Source: Octopus sinensis
Lineage: Eukaryota
NCBI RefSeq assembly: GCF_006345805.1
Contig: NC_043011.1
Span: 65,918,464 to 65,982,463 of the forward strand
DNA length: 64,000 bases
Direction: 5' to 3'
Part shown: in pieces, positions 13,335 to 27,038 of the stretch
Numbering within the stretch: position 1 is the first letter of the stretch
How the letters are laid out: every line of letters begins with the position of its first letter
The notes under the pieces: model-generated
Told to the model about the DNA's origin: nothing
Database searches by the model: none
What the model saw: the letters and a program-made list of their open reading frames with translations, nothing else
Program-made: the position numbers and the translations under genes

Positions 13335-13374
13335 ATGAATAATGCTTCTCTATTTATTTTTCTACTGCTAGTTG
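13335..13374 (+). CDS. G2 exon 1, signal peptide (MNNASLFIFLLLV)
   Basis: aaccATG context, 40 nt, phase 1, non-canonical GC donor G|gcaagt. Confidence 0.78.
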
Positions 13375-13719
13375 GCAAGTATATATATATATATATGTGT
13401 ATTATGTTCACACAAAAATAATGATCATGTATTTATCTAGAAAGCAAGATAGATATAAGTGCATACAGAGATACATAGCAAAACATATATGCGTGTGTGT
13501 GTGGTGTGTGTGTGTGTGTGTGAGTTCGTATATATATACATAACAACTGATGTTGGCGTGACTGTGTCTACGTAGAATAGCAGTTCGGCAAAACACCGAT
13601 AGAATAAGTACCAGGTTTAAAAAAATATATATTGAGGTCGATTCATTCGAGTAAAATCCAAGGGCTTCAGAAACATTGCAGCAGTCTTAGGAATAATACC
13701 CGTAAAAGAGAAAACATAT

Positions 13720-14070
<351 letters not shown>

Positions 14071-14169
14071 TAGACAGATAGATAGATACATAAACACATA
14101 CACACATACGTACATATATTCATAGAGAGGGATCTGTATATGTGTATGTGTAGACATAGAAGTCATCAC

Positions 14170-14420
14170 AAAACGTCTTGACAGTCTTGTTTTTTCGTCT
14201 GCAATTTCGGATGAAGCAACATCGCAGCAACAGTGGGGAAAATACCAGGCGCGGTAACGGTTTTGCACCAGAATTGGCACAATTTCTGGTTGAAACCCTT
14301 ACTCAATGTATATATATCATCTCAGTGAGCATGGTTATGTCTATCTGTGACACTATATTGTGTAATGTCCACAAGATAATTCCCCGTGTGTGTCCCTGGG
14401 AAATGCAGAATTGTCAGCAA
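14170..14420 (+). mobile_element. Tc1-like DDE transposase remnant
   Basis: SDEAT...GK...RF...NP resembles the Tc1 FSDEATF.L.G.VN...R.W..ENP region; heavily decayed. Confidence 0.35.
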
Positions 14421-14857
14421 CTGACTTCTATTGTTCAAGCCACTATGTAACTTCGTTTAAAGGTTTCGCTAAGATATAGCATAATGTGATATCTCAAGTA
14501 ATTATCCATCTCATCAAACGTTATTGCAAATTCAATATATATCACATCGACATTTGCACGGTCAATTACCTGATTCGAAACGAAGCCATTTTGCCGTGTG
14601 TTAAGTAATTTATTATATTCATACATTATATGTACATATTCATGCATACATACAAACATACTTAAACATATGCATACATGCGTGCACACTCGCACGCATC
14701 CAGACAAACGTGCATACATACACACACACAAGCACCACACACACACACATGTATATATATATATATTTATATTGGTGCTTAGTATGTAGATACGTATATA
14801 TATATTTCTGATTACTGAAAATCAAGGCCCCTCAATTTTAGTGCGTTAGTGTGTGCT

Positions 14858-14893
<36 letters not shown>

Positions 14894-14898
<5 letters not shown>

Positions 14899-16920
14899 AA
14901 GGATCTGTCTTTCATCGACTGGTTCTTACTCTCAATTCCACCCAAAGTGAGACCGCATGGCAGCACTTTCAGAAAATTGTCACCTATACATGCTCTAAAC
15001 ACGCTCCTACGATATCCACGAACACAAACAGAAACAGGCTCCCTAAAAAGAAAACAACACTCATCAGGCACATCATAAAACTCAATTAAAAGATCAACCA
15101 ATTAAAACATTCCCACATGCAACATCCACATTCAACAAAAAGGAAAAGGCTAGAGTTGGAAAATCCTCATCTGCAGACCGACATGAAAACCTCCATTGAA
15201 AATCAAAGAGCTGCGGAGGAACAGTGGGTAATCAAAAACATCAAACAGAACCCATATGTGTTCTATTCTTATGGAAATATGCATAGAAACACTGGCTCGC
15301 CCATTGGGCCCTTGATTGATGATAACGGCATTGCTCGACACGATGCTAAAGAAATGGCAGAAATACTGCAGAAACAATACTGCACTGTCTTTAGTGTTCC
15401 CACTGATATTAACGTAAGAGAAGCGGACGAAGTTGATGCCAAACATAAAATCTCAGACGTAACCTTCACTGCCTCTGACATCATTGCAGCAATAAATGAC
15501 GTCAAATATTATTCTGCTGTAGGCCCTGATAGATTCACCGCTAGTCTCCTGTAGGAATGTAGTCACCAACTTGCTGTCCCTCTGACCAACCTCTGGAGAA
15601 ATTCATTAGATTCATGTTATATTCCGAAACAACTACTATCACAGTCTGTCGTCCCGGTTTTCAAACAGGGAAACAGATCCCTAGCAGTCAACTATCGCCT
15701 AATCTTACTCACCTCCCACATCATTAAAGTGTTTGAAAGAGTGTTAAGATCAAGGATAGCTGACTTTCTGGAGATTCACAAACTCCTAAATGCAAATCAG
15801 CATGGCTTTCGCTGTGACAGGGACTGTCTAACACAGCTCTTACACAACATTCAAGTCACCAGCGGTGTCCCCCAGGGGATGTTCTTGGGCCCGCTCTTCT
15901 TTATAATTTATATAAACGACCTTTCCAGTGTCGTACATTACTGCAAAGTGAAAATATTTGCTGATGACACTAAGCTCCAGCAAATCTTCAATGAAGTAGC
16001 AGACCGAACTCAACTCCAGTCTGATCTATTCGCTGGGAGTTAATGGGCAGACAGAAACAAAATGCAACTGAAGGAGGCAAAATTTGAGCTGATGCATTTT
16101 GGAAGAAAGTCTACACTAAAACAGCCATACACTCTTCCTTCAGGGGAAACGCTCACAGCCTCTAACAATATCAGTGACCTGGGTGTAATTGTTGATGGCG
16201 ATCTCAGTTGGAGTGCACACATCAACAAGAAGGTCGATATAGCTCGTAGGATGAGTTCCTGGATCTTAAGAGCTTTCCGGTCAAGAGAACAAGATGTCAT
16301 CTCCTTTGTGTCTCCTTTGTACGGCCACACATCGAATACTGCTGCCCACTGTGGTCACCCCATACAAGACAAAACATATTGACGACTGAATCACCCCAGA
16401 AAGCACTCACTAAACGAATTGAAGGCATGGCTGGTCTCGATTATTGGCTCCAACTTAAAGCCTTGAAACTCTACTCTCTCCAGCGTCGCCGTGAGCAGTA
16501 CATCATTTGCACGATGTGGAGAATATACCGCCAACTTTGTCCAAACGACCTGAACATTAGCTTCAAGGTTCACCCGAGACTGGGACCACGAGCAATACGT
16601 CCCCTGCCCAATTCAGAATCACAGCATATATGTACACTGCAACATAATTTCTTTTCCTCAACAAGCCCTGCTCCATTTTACATTGTCCCGAAAGAGATCA
16701 AAGAGGAAAAGGAACCCATGAACTTTAAACGGAGATAAGCCACCCATAATTGGATACAACTCACCCAACAAAAACTCACTAATTGAATGGACCATACAGA
16801 AAACTTGAACAAAACTTGATTTAAACAGGATTCATATAATCCTATCAGGTGGTGATATTATGTTAGACATAGCCTGGACCAATCTTTGGTGGAAACATAT
16901 CTAAGTTTATTTATCTAAGT
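14894..16920 (+). mobile_element. 5'-truncated CR1-group LINE (same subfamily as 1-2948) with an internal deletion of about 200 bp in RT
   Basis: Co-linear with 716-2948; segment matching about 1663-1862 (LDFSKAFD) missing near 15850; same 3' terminus and tatctaag tail. Confidence 0.92.
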
Positions 16921-16930
16921 TTATACACAC

Positions 16931-16999
<69 letters not shown>

Positions 17000-17003
17000 C
17001 ATA

Positions 17004-17133
<130 letters not shown>

Positions 17134-17159
17134 AGAAAGTGTGTGAAAGCACGTGGTTG

Positions 17160-17960
17160 GATATATACAAAATAGAAAGAGTGAAAAACCAAAGAAGGCT
17201 TGTTTTAAAAGGTTAAAGAATATATTTAAGTCGTTATGTTAGAAGAATGATATAACATTTTTCATACAGTAACATAGTTTTTGAAGAAATTACCGGTTTC
17301 GTGTTAACTTTTCAAATTTGTCAAATGTCTTTACCTACATCGTGTTCTGTCTTCGTTATACAGTGCAAGGAAGAGTTCCATGTAGGGGGAGGTAATAAGC
17401 GATTTCTTCCGGTGTAAGTGAGATAATCGCTTTATATTTCTTGCCTCTTTTACTTAATGGGGTGAGTTTCTCTGTATAAGAATGTTAGGATGGTTAAGTT
17501 CAGGCTTATATTTTTCAATGAAGAATGTTTCCTTGTTTAGTCTAATTTGTGTTAGTGTTCCAATAGCACATTGATAGAATGGAAAGATTAAAAATTGTGG
17601 TGATAGTTACTTTGCGCATTTCTCATTATGCTCACTTATGGGTATCATTCTATATTCTGGGAATGCAATTTGTTGTCGATGCAGTGTGCATCTACGTCTG
17701 AGTGATAGTCTCGTGGAACCCACGTAGTTTTGGTGGCAGCCCGAGCACCTTATGACACAAATAATGTTTTCAGAAGCACAAGTAAAATTAGATCTGATCA
17801 ATTTTGCCTTTGTGAGAATCTTTTTAAGTGATTTAGGTTGTTTGTAGCTTTTAATGATTTTATGTATGTTTAGAATTTCCTTTCATTTGGGGTCCTTATG
17901 AAGTATTGGTAAATTCTGGGTGGTGATGGTGAAGGCTTCTTGGTTTCTGGGGTGTATGTG
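17160..17960 (-). mobile_element. Penelope-like element 3' fragment (GIY-YIG)
   Basis: FTCASENIICVIRCSGCHQNYVG..R..H and downstream KETFFIEKYKPELN; homologous to 51954-52484. Confidence 0.85.
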
Positions 17961-17999
17961 GATTTATATATATATATATATGTAATATAATATAATATA

Positions 18000-18081
<82 letters not shown>

Positions 18082-18825
18082 TATATATTACTTCCGGTTT
18101 CCGTAGAGAAAAGACGCGTTTCCTTTTGCTCTGTGAAAAAAAAGATTTGAATAATTCGACGAAATAATCTACTAAATCTAAAAAAACGTAGAACCTGTTA
18201 ACTCATAACGATCTGCTAAAATGCATTAATTAAAAATATATTAATTAAGAACGTAATATATTTCGCTTGAAGCGAAATATAAGACATTAAATTTAGTTAC
18301 ACAAGCTAGATTCTTTGCCGAAAAGCACGTGGTGGCAAGTCTTTAATTTATCTCCAACCAAATGTAAGAAGGAAAAAAATGTTCTCTTTTCTGTTTTGAA
18401 AGAAAACTTCTTCGTACAAGCACGAGAGTTTGGACTGTACCCTTTACGATAAGTATCGTTTTCATATTTTTGTTTATTATTTTTTATTTTCCTTTAATGT
18501 AAGCTAACATCTCAGTTACGATTTACGACGCCATCTTTGCTTACATTCTGAGAATAACTTTCTTTCAATTTCTGTTTCGCTTTCAATCTATCTTTCATTT
18601 CATCTCTATAAAACTAACATTTAGAAATTCATTTCGTATATTTATTTTCCTGTGAGTTACGACTGAGCTGGAAATATAATAATCATAATTTTACCGTAAT
18701 TTCATTCTATCTCTATAAAACTAATATTTAAAAATCCTTTTCATTTGTTTATTTTCCTGTAATTTAAGCTAACGACTGAGAAATATAATCGTAATTAGTT
18801 TAGAATTAAATAATTCATTCATTTC

Positions 18826-19460
18826 CCCACCCTCTTCTACCACCTCTCTCCTCCCTTACATATACTCCCCCACATTCAGCTCCTTTCTTCCTTCCTTTAT
18901 CTCTCTTTACGCTTACCTTTTCCCTCTCTCTTGCATATCTTACTCTTTTTCTCATCTCTCTCCCCACTTTCATATCCTCCTCTTCTCTCATTTCTCTTTC
19001 TTTTCCATCTCACATCTACCTCTCCTCTCGACACCTCACCCTCTCTCTCATATAGTTCTCATTCGCCCATTCTCCTCACTCCCTCTCTCCCTCTCTCTCA
19101 CATCCTTCATCCTGTCTCTCCTTCATTCTGTCTCTCCTTCACTCTGTCTCTTTCTCTTGCTATAATCTCCCCCTTCTGTTTCTCCTTCTCTTCCACTCCT
19201 CTCCTTCAGCCTGCCCCTCTTCCTCTCTTCTCCTTCACTCTGTCTCTCCTTCTATTCCCCCTCCTCCCCTCCACTACCTTCATCTTTCTCTTTAACACAC
19301 CACACCCCCTCGCTTTCCTCCTATCATCCTCTCCATTTCTTTCATAGCACCTCTCTCTTTCCTTCCTATCTCCCTCTCTCTTTCCCTATTTCCCCCCTCT
19401 GTGTTTCTCCCTCTCTACCTCTCTCTATCCCTCATTGCCTCTCTAGCCTATGCTACCCCT
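18826..19460 (+). repeat. CT-rich polypyrimidine tract, possibly the 5' UTR of the adjacent element
   Basis: About 600 bp of near-pure pyrimidine directly before the ATG at 19479. Confidence 0.6.
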
Positions 19461-19478
19461 CTTGACTTCAAGACGAAG

Positions 19479-21060
19479 ATGGCACCAACGTGGGAAAAGA
19501 AAGAGTTAGATCGTCTTCTAAGAGCATGGACAATCGCTAGTGGCGATCCGCCGAACAGCATCATCACTGCCGCGCTAAAGAACAATGGATTTCCTAGAAC
19601 CATTGACCAAATAGAACGAAAGAAAGGTGAATTTATCCGGTCTTACATGCTTATAAGACCACGCATCAAAACATTGGATAACATAATTGAAAATTATTGT
19701 GGCAAGGCTGATGGGGATGAAGAGGACGAAAAAGAGAAGGAAGCCGGATGTCTCTGCGATCCAGGTGTTCCTCAGGAAAATGGATCACCTACCTCAGTGA
19801 AGGACGAGGTAGAGAAGGATAGGGGAGCCAAGGGAGGAGAAACCGGAAGCCCCCCTGTACCAGTGGTCCTACAAAGAAATGAGAAATTAGAAAAACAGAA
19901 GAAAAAAGGAAGAACCGAAAACAAAACTTGGAGCGTGGTTACATGACTTCAGGTAGTAGTGGTTAATGGAGCCACCTCTATGAACACACAAATAGTGAGC
20001 GGTGATCCACAGGGAACTGTCTTCGGACCACTGCTTTTTATAGTGTCCCTCTCAGATATGCTCACAAATGCCCGGATAGCCACTCTGGCAAGCTATGCAG
20101 ACGATACGAATGTCTCGCAGTAAATACTGAAAGCCAGCGATGTTGCACACCTGGACTCAATCTACAGATGGGCTGAGGATAATAATATGCAGTTTAATGC
20201 TGAAAAATTCCAGGCCCTGCGCTACCAGCATCCAAAGTTGAATATTACACTTATAGGATACACCGGTCCACAGGGAATTTCAATCCCAGAGCCTAAGTCT
20301 GTGAAGGACCTGGGTATCGACATGAGTGATGATACCTCTTTCCAAGTGTACATTACCAGGATGGCGACAAAGTGCAGACGACTGTCTGGAATGATCCTAA
20401 GAACATTCAGAACCAGGGATAAGGAAACCATGATGGTCCTCTGGCGGACTTTAGTCCTCAGCCGCCTGGAGTACTGCTCACAGCTATGGTCACCCACCAG
20501 TGTAAAATTAACAGCGGACCTTGAAGCAATCCAGAGAAGATTCACAAAGAAGGTCGACTCTTTGGAACAGCTCAGCTACTGAGAAAGGTTTAAACAGCTA
20601 AGACTCTACTCCCTAGAGAGAAGACGGGAGAGGTATGCAGTAAAATATGTCTGGGAGAAACTTGGAAGGAATTGTGCCAAATCTTGGCATTGTAAGCTAC
20701 ACCAATGCTAGAACGGGACGACACTGCATAGTGCCAAAGATCCCAGCAGTGCCATCAAGCTTCAGGACCAGCTTCTGCAACAGCCTGGGATTCAATGGTC
20801 CACAGCAATTTAATTTTCTCCCAAAGAGCCTGAGGAATTTGCACAAAGTAGATGTAGCGGTTTTTAAATGAAAGCTGGACATCTTCCTGTCAAGTGTCCC
20901 AGATGAACCTACCTCACGGCAAGATGTGCAAATGAGAGTAGCAATGTCAAACTCCATTCTTCACCGAGTGCCACATATTAGAGGAGGTTCTTCGTAATAA
21001 CAGTGTAGAACAAAACGGCGATGCATCTGCATGGCCGCAGCTGTGAGCTGAAATAAGTGA
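19479..21060 (+). mobile_element. LINE derivative: Myb/SANT trihelix ORF (19479-19946) joined to the C-terminal half of a CR1-group RT
   Basis: W-x3-E-x3-LL-x2-W...L-x3-GF-x-RT-x2-Q-x3-K...Y trihelix pattern; then QVVVVNG, PQGTVFGPLLF, YADDT, RLEYCSQLWSP and LRLYSLERRR segments; ends at (TA)n. Confidence 0.8.
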
Positions 21061-21087
21061 GAAAAAAATATATGTGTGTATGTGTGT

Positions 21088-21143
<56 letters not shown>

Positions 21144-21411
21144 GCAGAGGTGGCCTAATCACTGCTCGTCTCTCCTCCTCGCTTCCACCTTATGTCTTCT
21201 CTGTTACTCCAAACCTAGCAAACTGCACAAAGTGACCCTTCACACCCTTCCTCTCATCCTAAAGCTGTATGCATTCTCCATGTTGACTCATCAGTGACCT
21301 CTTACAGCCGGCATCGACTGGGAAAATCCACAACTGCCCCCACTTCTCCCAGTAATTCTGAAGAAACTACCATTTATGACACTTTTCAGCTCATGAGACT
21401 GTCTAATCCCG

Positions 21412-21794
<383 letters not shown>

Positions 21795-22018
21795 GGGGAA
21801 GAGAGAGGAGAGAGAGAGAGGGTGAGTGAGAGAGCGAAATGCGAAGTCTGAGGTTTCATAACAAATTCAATATCACAGTCCTCAACATGTAATTATTGAC
21901 CTCATCTAGACTTTGACATCTCCATAAGATGGATAAGACAGAAAATATAATTTTCACACAATGCTGCTACATTTGTCAATTTATATAAATTATGAAGAAG
22001 GAACTTATCAATTTTTAG

Positions 22019-22118
22019 GCACAGCAATCACTAACATTGGAGAGGATTGTGCCAAACTCGCATATATCACGTGCCACAAGAGTTATAGTGAATATAAAGC
22101 ACATAAAGATGACTGCGA
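22019..22118 (+). CDS. G2 exon 2 (TAITNIGEDCAKLAYITCHKSYSEYKAHKDDC)
   Basis: atttttag acceptor, gtaagt donor, 100 nt phase 1 to 2, ends GACTGCGA exactly as G3 exon 2. Confidence 0.88.
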
Positions 22119-23460
22119 GTAAGTATGGTATTACTATCATTAAATTAAAATAATTGAAGATGCTAATATAGACTTATACAAAAAGGTAATAACCAAAATG
22201 TATGCACAAACACTTAAATATATTCATCGATATAAATACACAGACATATATATATACATATATATATGCACACACATATAATTCGTGAATTTTGATATTA
22301 TACTTTTTGAGGAAGAAGGAAGATCGAAGCTGCGTTCGAAGAAGTTACTTATGACATATTGCACGAATCTTTAGTTCGGTTTGTCCAAGAACCTGGAGTT
22401 GTCTGCGCAAATATCTGCAACCGTCTGATGCAGCAAGAATGGAGGCAAATATCGCTCAGCTGCCGCAACGTCCCGCAATTAATTACAACCGAGACCGACT
22501 TTTTGTTCGTTGCTTATGATATCTGACTGGTTACCCAGCGATTCGGTTTCGAATCCTCGTTACGTGTTGATGCAACGTAAACGAGAACTTTGAGATTGTT
22601 CTTTTCTGCTATTCGATGAGGAAGTTACAAACAAATCGTATTACGCACGTGCAGACTACACCATTTGAGTTCTTTAACATTGGTATTGCTAGTATGTATT
22701 TAATATAGAAACAATACACAATAGGTTTGTCCATCTGTGTGTCCGTCTGTTCGTCTCTTTGCCTGTTCCCTCTTCACGGCCAGACGGCTGGACTAATGGT
22801 TATGATATTTTGGTGGTTTACAAAGACGGCCATCGGGAAACTTTTTAGCATTAAAAAATCTGACAGTATGATTATTTCGCTGATGTCAATTCTTGAATTG
22901 GTAAACCGCATTCGCATTTTTATTAAGAATTCACTGACCACGAGTAACTCTGGGTTTTCCTCTTGTAACTCGTGCCTATATCGTAGATACGAAGGGGGTC
23001 GCGAGGGCAGTTAATAGCAAAAATAAAATGGAAAGTGTGTGTCAGTATGTAGAGTGCGATTATTTAGTGTTTATTGAGACGTGTCAGTTACGGGCTGGAT
23101 GCAAAACGGCCAGTCGAAGCGGCTGTTGTTTACATCTCAGTTTTGTCAATCAAAATAAATGATGGTCACGGAACATTCAGACACTATTCTCATGGAGCAT
23201 TGAGAGGTAGCTTTTAGCTTTATTATTTGCATCCCTAAAGATCCTCTCATGCAGTCATAGCAGACAGTGTCAGATTGGAGATCGTGTTTCTGTATTTATA
23301 AACACCTTTGTTATGACTTCCCTCACTCATGTTATGCCTCTATCGTAGATAGGGAGATTTACTAGCATAGATCTAATACAAATATACACACACTCATATA
23401 TACATACATACAAATATATATGTATGTATATATACATGTATTCATGCATATATGCTAACG

Positions 23461-23508
<48 letters not shown>

Positions 23509-24190
23509 AATGTTTGTATGTATACACATAAAAACAGGAAGTTTCAATGGAAAATCTATTAGTAATATTAATTCACAATTACATATGGTAATAAGAATTA
23601 CTAAGAGTTACATGTGTAACGATTATCTTAATAACAATTCTGAATTAAACAGAGGATTAAATAAGGATTATCGCACACTTGGTTGAAGAATCTATGTTAA
23701 CAAAGAAAATTGTATATCTTATAGAAGTTATGTTAGGAACTTTGAGAAATACGTTTATTTTATTCAACTCAGAAATAATACGTACTTAATAAATGTAAAT
23801 ATATGGGTCGACGGCTGCAATTTCATTTTAAAAGGTTTTAAATATACCTACATGTACATACATACAAACATTCCAATATAAATACAGACACACATACAAC
23901 GTACGTGCAAAAATGTGTGTGTTAGTGTGTGTATGTGTGTGTATGTGTGTGTATGCATGAATGCATGTATGCATCTGAAGTTTTACTGATAAACTGTTCC
24001 CACATGCGACACATTGCATTTAATATAAAACATTTTTTGATGACGAATCCATGATGATTCCCACAAAAACAAACCGATGGTTACATAGTTTATAGATTTC
24101 TAGTTATACCTACATCAATGTTTCATTTCGCTGTTTACAATTTCATTACCCAATTGGTGTATTATATTTCCTGAAATACGTATTTTCCAG

Positions 24191-24275
24191 GGTTGTAGAA
24201 ACGTTTCTGAAATGCTTTAATATCGTAAATGTGTCTCCTTGTTACAAGATCTATAAAGGAATGCAAAGATGCCCA
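24191..24275 (+). CDS. G2 exon 3 (VVETFLKCFNIVNVSPCYKIYKGMQRCP)
   Basis: tattttccag acceptor, gtaagt donor, 85 nt phase 2 to 0, family Cys spacing. Confidence 0.88.
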
Positions 24276-25378
24276 GTAAGTAGTCATCACTATAAATATA
24301 GCGGAAGATTAAGTGAATTTGCTTCTTTTATTCGATGCCGCATTGATTTTAAACTGGTTCTTGGTGAGAATTATCTTATCCCGATCAAGAAATTTATATA
24401 TCTCAAAATTAAACAAATCGTATTATGTAAGAGCAGACCACACAAGTTGAGTTCTTTAACAATGGTATTGCTAATATATATTTGATATAGAAACAATACA
24501 CAATAGGTTTGGAGAACTTTGCTGATTTTGAGGCAGGATGTAAGTGTATATGTTACCTCACAATATCAATCAAGTCGATATACACGAGATAGATTTGAAA
24601 CTTGTTTGTGAAGGACGCTACATGTTATATGTTGTGACTTCTAATTCAAAAATGAAGCAGATAAGCGAAATTTTCTACACATGTTTCATCACTTTAATGG
24701 TATTGGAAGTCATAGAAATGGTTGCGAAGAATTATTCATGAGAAAACAACTCTATACATATGTCCTAGTTGTTCGTTAAAAATAACAGAAAGAAAGTTAG
24801 CTTTTTCACACTGGGTTTTACGTCCAACATAAAGTTAAGGTAAAAGTATTTTCCTGGGCATGCGCTTCGGTTCCAGACTTTATAAAATTGATACATGGTT
24901 GTTTGAGCATAACCAAAATTTGGACTGTGTATTCTACATACATGAAACGACACCACAGTAACGTCTGATATGTTTTATAATCTTCTTCACTTGTAGCAAA
25001 GATCCTAAATTAAATAAATATTTTAATAATATTTTTAAGTATATTAACATTATTAAGGACAATTCAACGATTAGTTACTCAAATAAAACAGACCTTCAAG
25101 AAAAATATGTATTATGTTTTATAATTGCGAAATTTCAATATGTTTCAATGATATAAATTTCCTTCGGTAATGAACTACGAAACTTGCTGCAAGAAGGTAC
25201 ATGGTAAACGACATTCTACCCTTTGATAATCAACTAATGCACAGATTACGTTAATTACGTTTTTCATAACGAGCCTTGTATGATGTAATTGTTATCCATG
25301 TCATTGCGATACATTTGTCGAGATACATTCAATTCAAATTAAGTGTGCTATTTCAATTTCAAGATTTTTCTTCTGTAG

Positions 25379-25417
25379 GTACAGGCTCCCAAGAAAAGCT
25401 CTTCTAACCAAGATAAG
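25379..25417 (+). CDS. G2 exon 4, linker (VQAPKKSSSNQDK)
   Basis: tttttcttctgtag acceptor; donor gtacgtgacttc resembles the G3 exon 4 donor gtacgtgatttc. Confidence 0.7.
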
Positions 25418-25481
25418 GTACGTGACTTCTTTGTGACCGCGCCAGTAACAATATAATTTTCTTACAATATACAAGATGTCA

Positions 25482-25692
25482 AAGGTGAGCTGGCAGAATC
25501 TTTAGCACTCCGAGCGAAATGCTTAGTGGTATTTCGTCTATCTTTGTGTTCTGATCTCAAATACCTCCGAGGTCGACTGGGCCTTTCATCATTTCGGGGT
25601 CAATAAATCAGGCACCAGTTGCATAATGGTGTCGATCTAGTCGACTCTTCACGTCCTCAAAGAAATCGGGCCTTGTTCCTAGAGTAGAAAAG
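25482..25692 (+). mobile_element. tRNA-derived SINE in G2 intron 4
   Basis: ggtgagctggcagaa A-box and B-box-like gttctgatctcaaat; reverse complement of the 47595-48075 copies. Confidence 0.8.
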
Positions 25693-25719
25693 GATTTATG
25701 AGATTTCACATCCATTAAA

Positions 25720-25754
<35 letters not shown>

Positions 25755-25858
25755 GTGTAGCCGTTATTACAAAATGCTATTTTGCCTTACACAAAGTGTA
25801 TCATAGATATACTTTTTTTATACATGTTTAAAGTTTTTCTTTTCTGATTTCTTTGCAG

Positions 25859-25918
25859 ATAACCTTTGCTGCAGTGACTCTTAATTCATTTGTGATTATA
25901 TTATTAAAACATAAGTAG
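25859..25918 (+). CDS. G2 terminal exon (ITFAAVTLNSFVIILLKHK*)
   Basis: Long polypyrimidine tract and ttgcag acceptor; shares I-T...L-N-S with the G3 last exon. Confidence 0.75.
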   Translation: MTFAAVTLNSFVIILLKHK

Positions 25919-26078
25919 GAAAACGATATTGAAATTATGTTGTCCGGAATATATTCTAAAATTATTACTGATGTCACAGTTTTGTATGCCAGAAATATAT
26001 TATAATGAAAAGAATTAAATACCTGAATTGTATTAGCTTTTCTGTCGATCTTTCTGAAGCTTTGAAAATTCAGCAGCA

Positions 26079-26870
26079 CACGAGAGGGTACCAGAAAGTA
26101 AATGCAAACGTTCTATATGGGACAAATACGTTCTAGTTCGAGCTTCCGCCACTAGAAACTACTTCATATCGCCCCCAGGTATCAATCTGCTGACCAGCGT
26201 CATTGGGTTCCGTCGTATAACCACGTGATGCGTATTCGTTTTGCAGTACTTCTCCTTTGTTCGTCGATTTCTGCGACGGCTGAAACGAAAGTAAACGTGT
26301 CTCCATGAAGTTGTTTTCCGCTCGTTAAAATAGTCGTCGAAGCAGTTTTCAAGCTTCAAACAACTCACTAAGACGCTGCTATGCAAACAATACAAGCTTA
26401 TGCGTTGTTTCCAAATTACAGGAATTGATAGTTGTCGCTTGAAGACTATCCTTGTTCGGGATGACTATCGACCTCCCGAACGAAAAAATACGCCATGTAA
26501 ATTCATGAACTGGAAGATCGTCAATGAAAATTTGACGAACTTGTTGATATGATCGGTGTGTCACGGTGCTTCTGCCAATGAATTTTGAGCGAGGAATTGC
26601 AAATGAAATGGGTTCCAGGGAAATGTGTGCCTCGTCTTTTCACGAAAGGTCAAAAGCACTCACGACTAGATGCAAGTGGTGAAATGAAAGAACAGTTGGA
26701 AGTTGATCGAAATGTTGTTTCGAAGGTTATCACAAGTGATGAAAGCGGGTGCTACGAAATTTGCAGATGTCAACATCTGAAAAACAAAAACGACGGATGC
26801 GTTAAAAAGCATACTTTTGCAAGAGTTGCAGCATTCTTTTGAATACTGGAAAATGCATCTGCACCAATGC
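26079..26870 (+). mobile_element. mariner element 5' part, decayed
   Basis: ELQMKWVPGKCVPRLFT...KVITSDESGCY matches the mariner VPRLL and ITGDESW motifs; TIR-like start cacgagagg. Confidence 0.85.
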
Positions 26871-27002
26871 GCTGCTTGAAATGGAGAAATCTTTGAAGGC
26901 GATAAAAATATAAGGATCTAAATCTAAGTGAATAAAATAGCATCACAATATCCCGATTCTTTTCAATACCACCTCGAATGTGTTTGCCTGCATGAATGCA
27001 TG

Positions 27003-27038
<36 letters not shown>

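Noticed and set aside
18596-18795. Tandem duplication of about 105 bp
   Set aside because: Diverged, AT-rich intronic duplication with no sign of function
18931-19347. Hydrophobic or low-complexity ORFs over CT/GA-rich tracts (also 58256-58663)
   Set aside because: Compositional artefacts of polypyrimidine tracts
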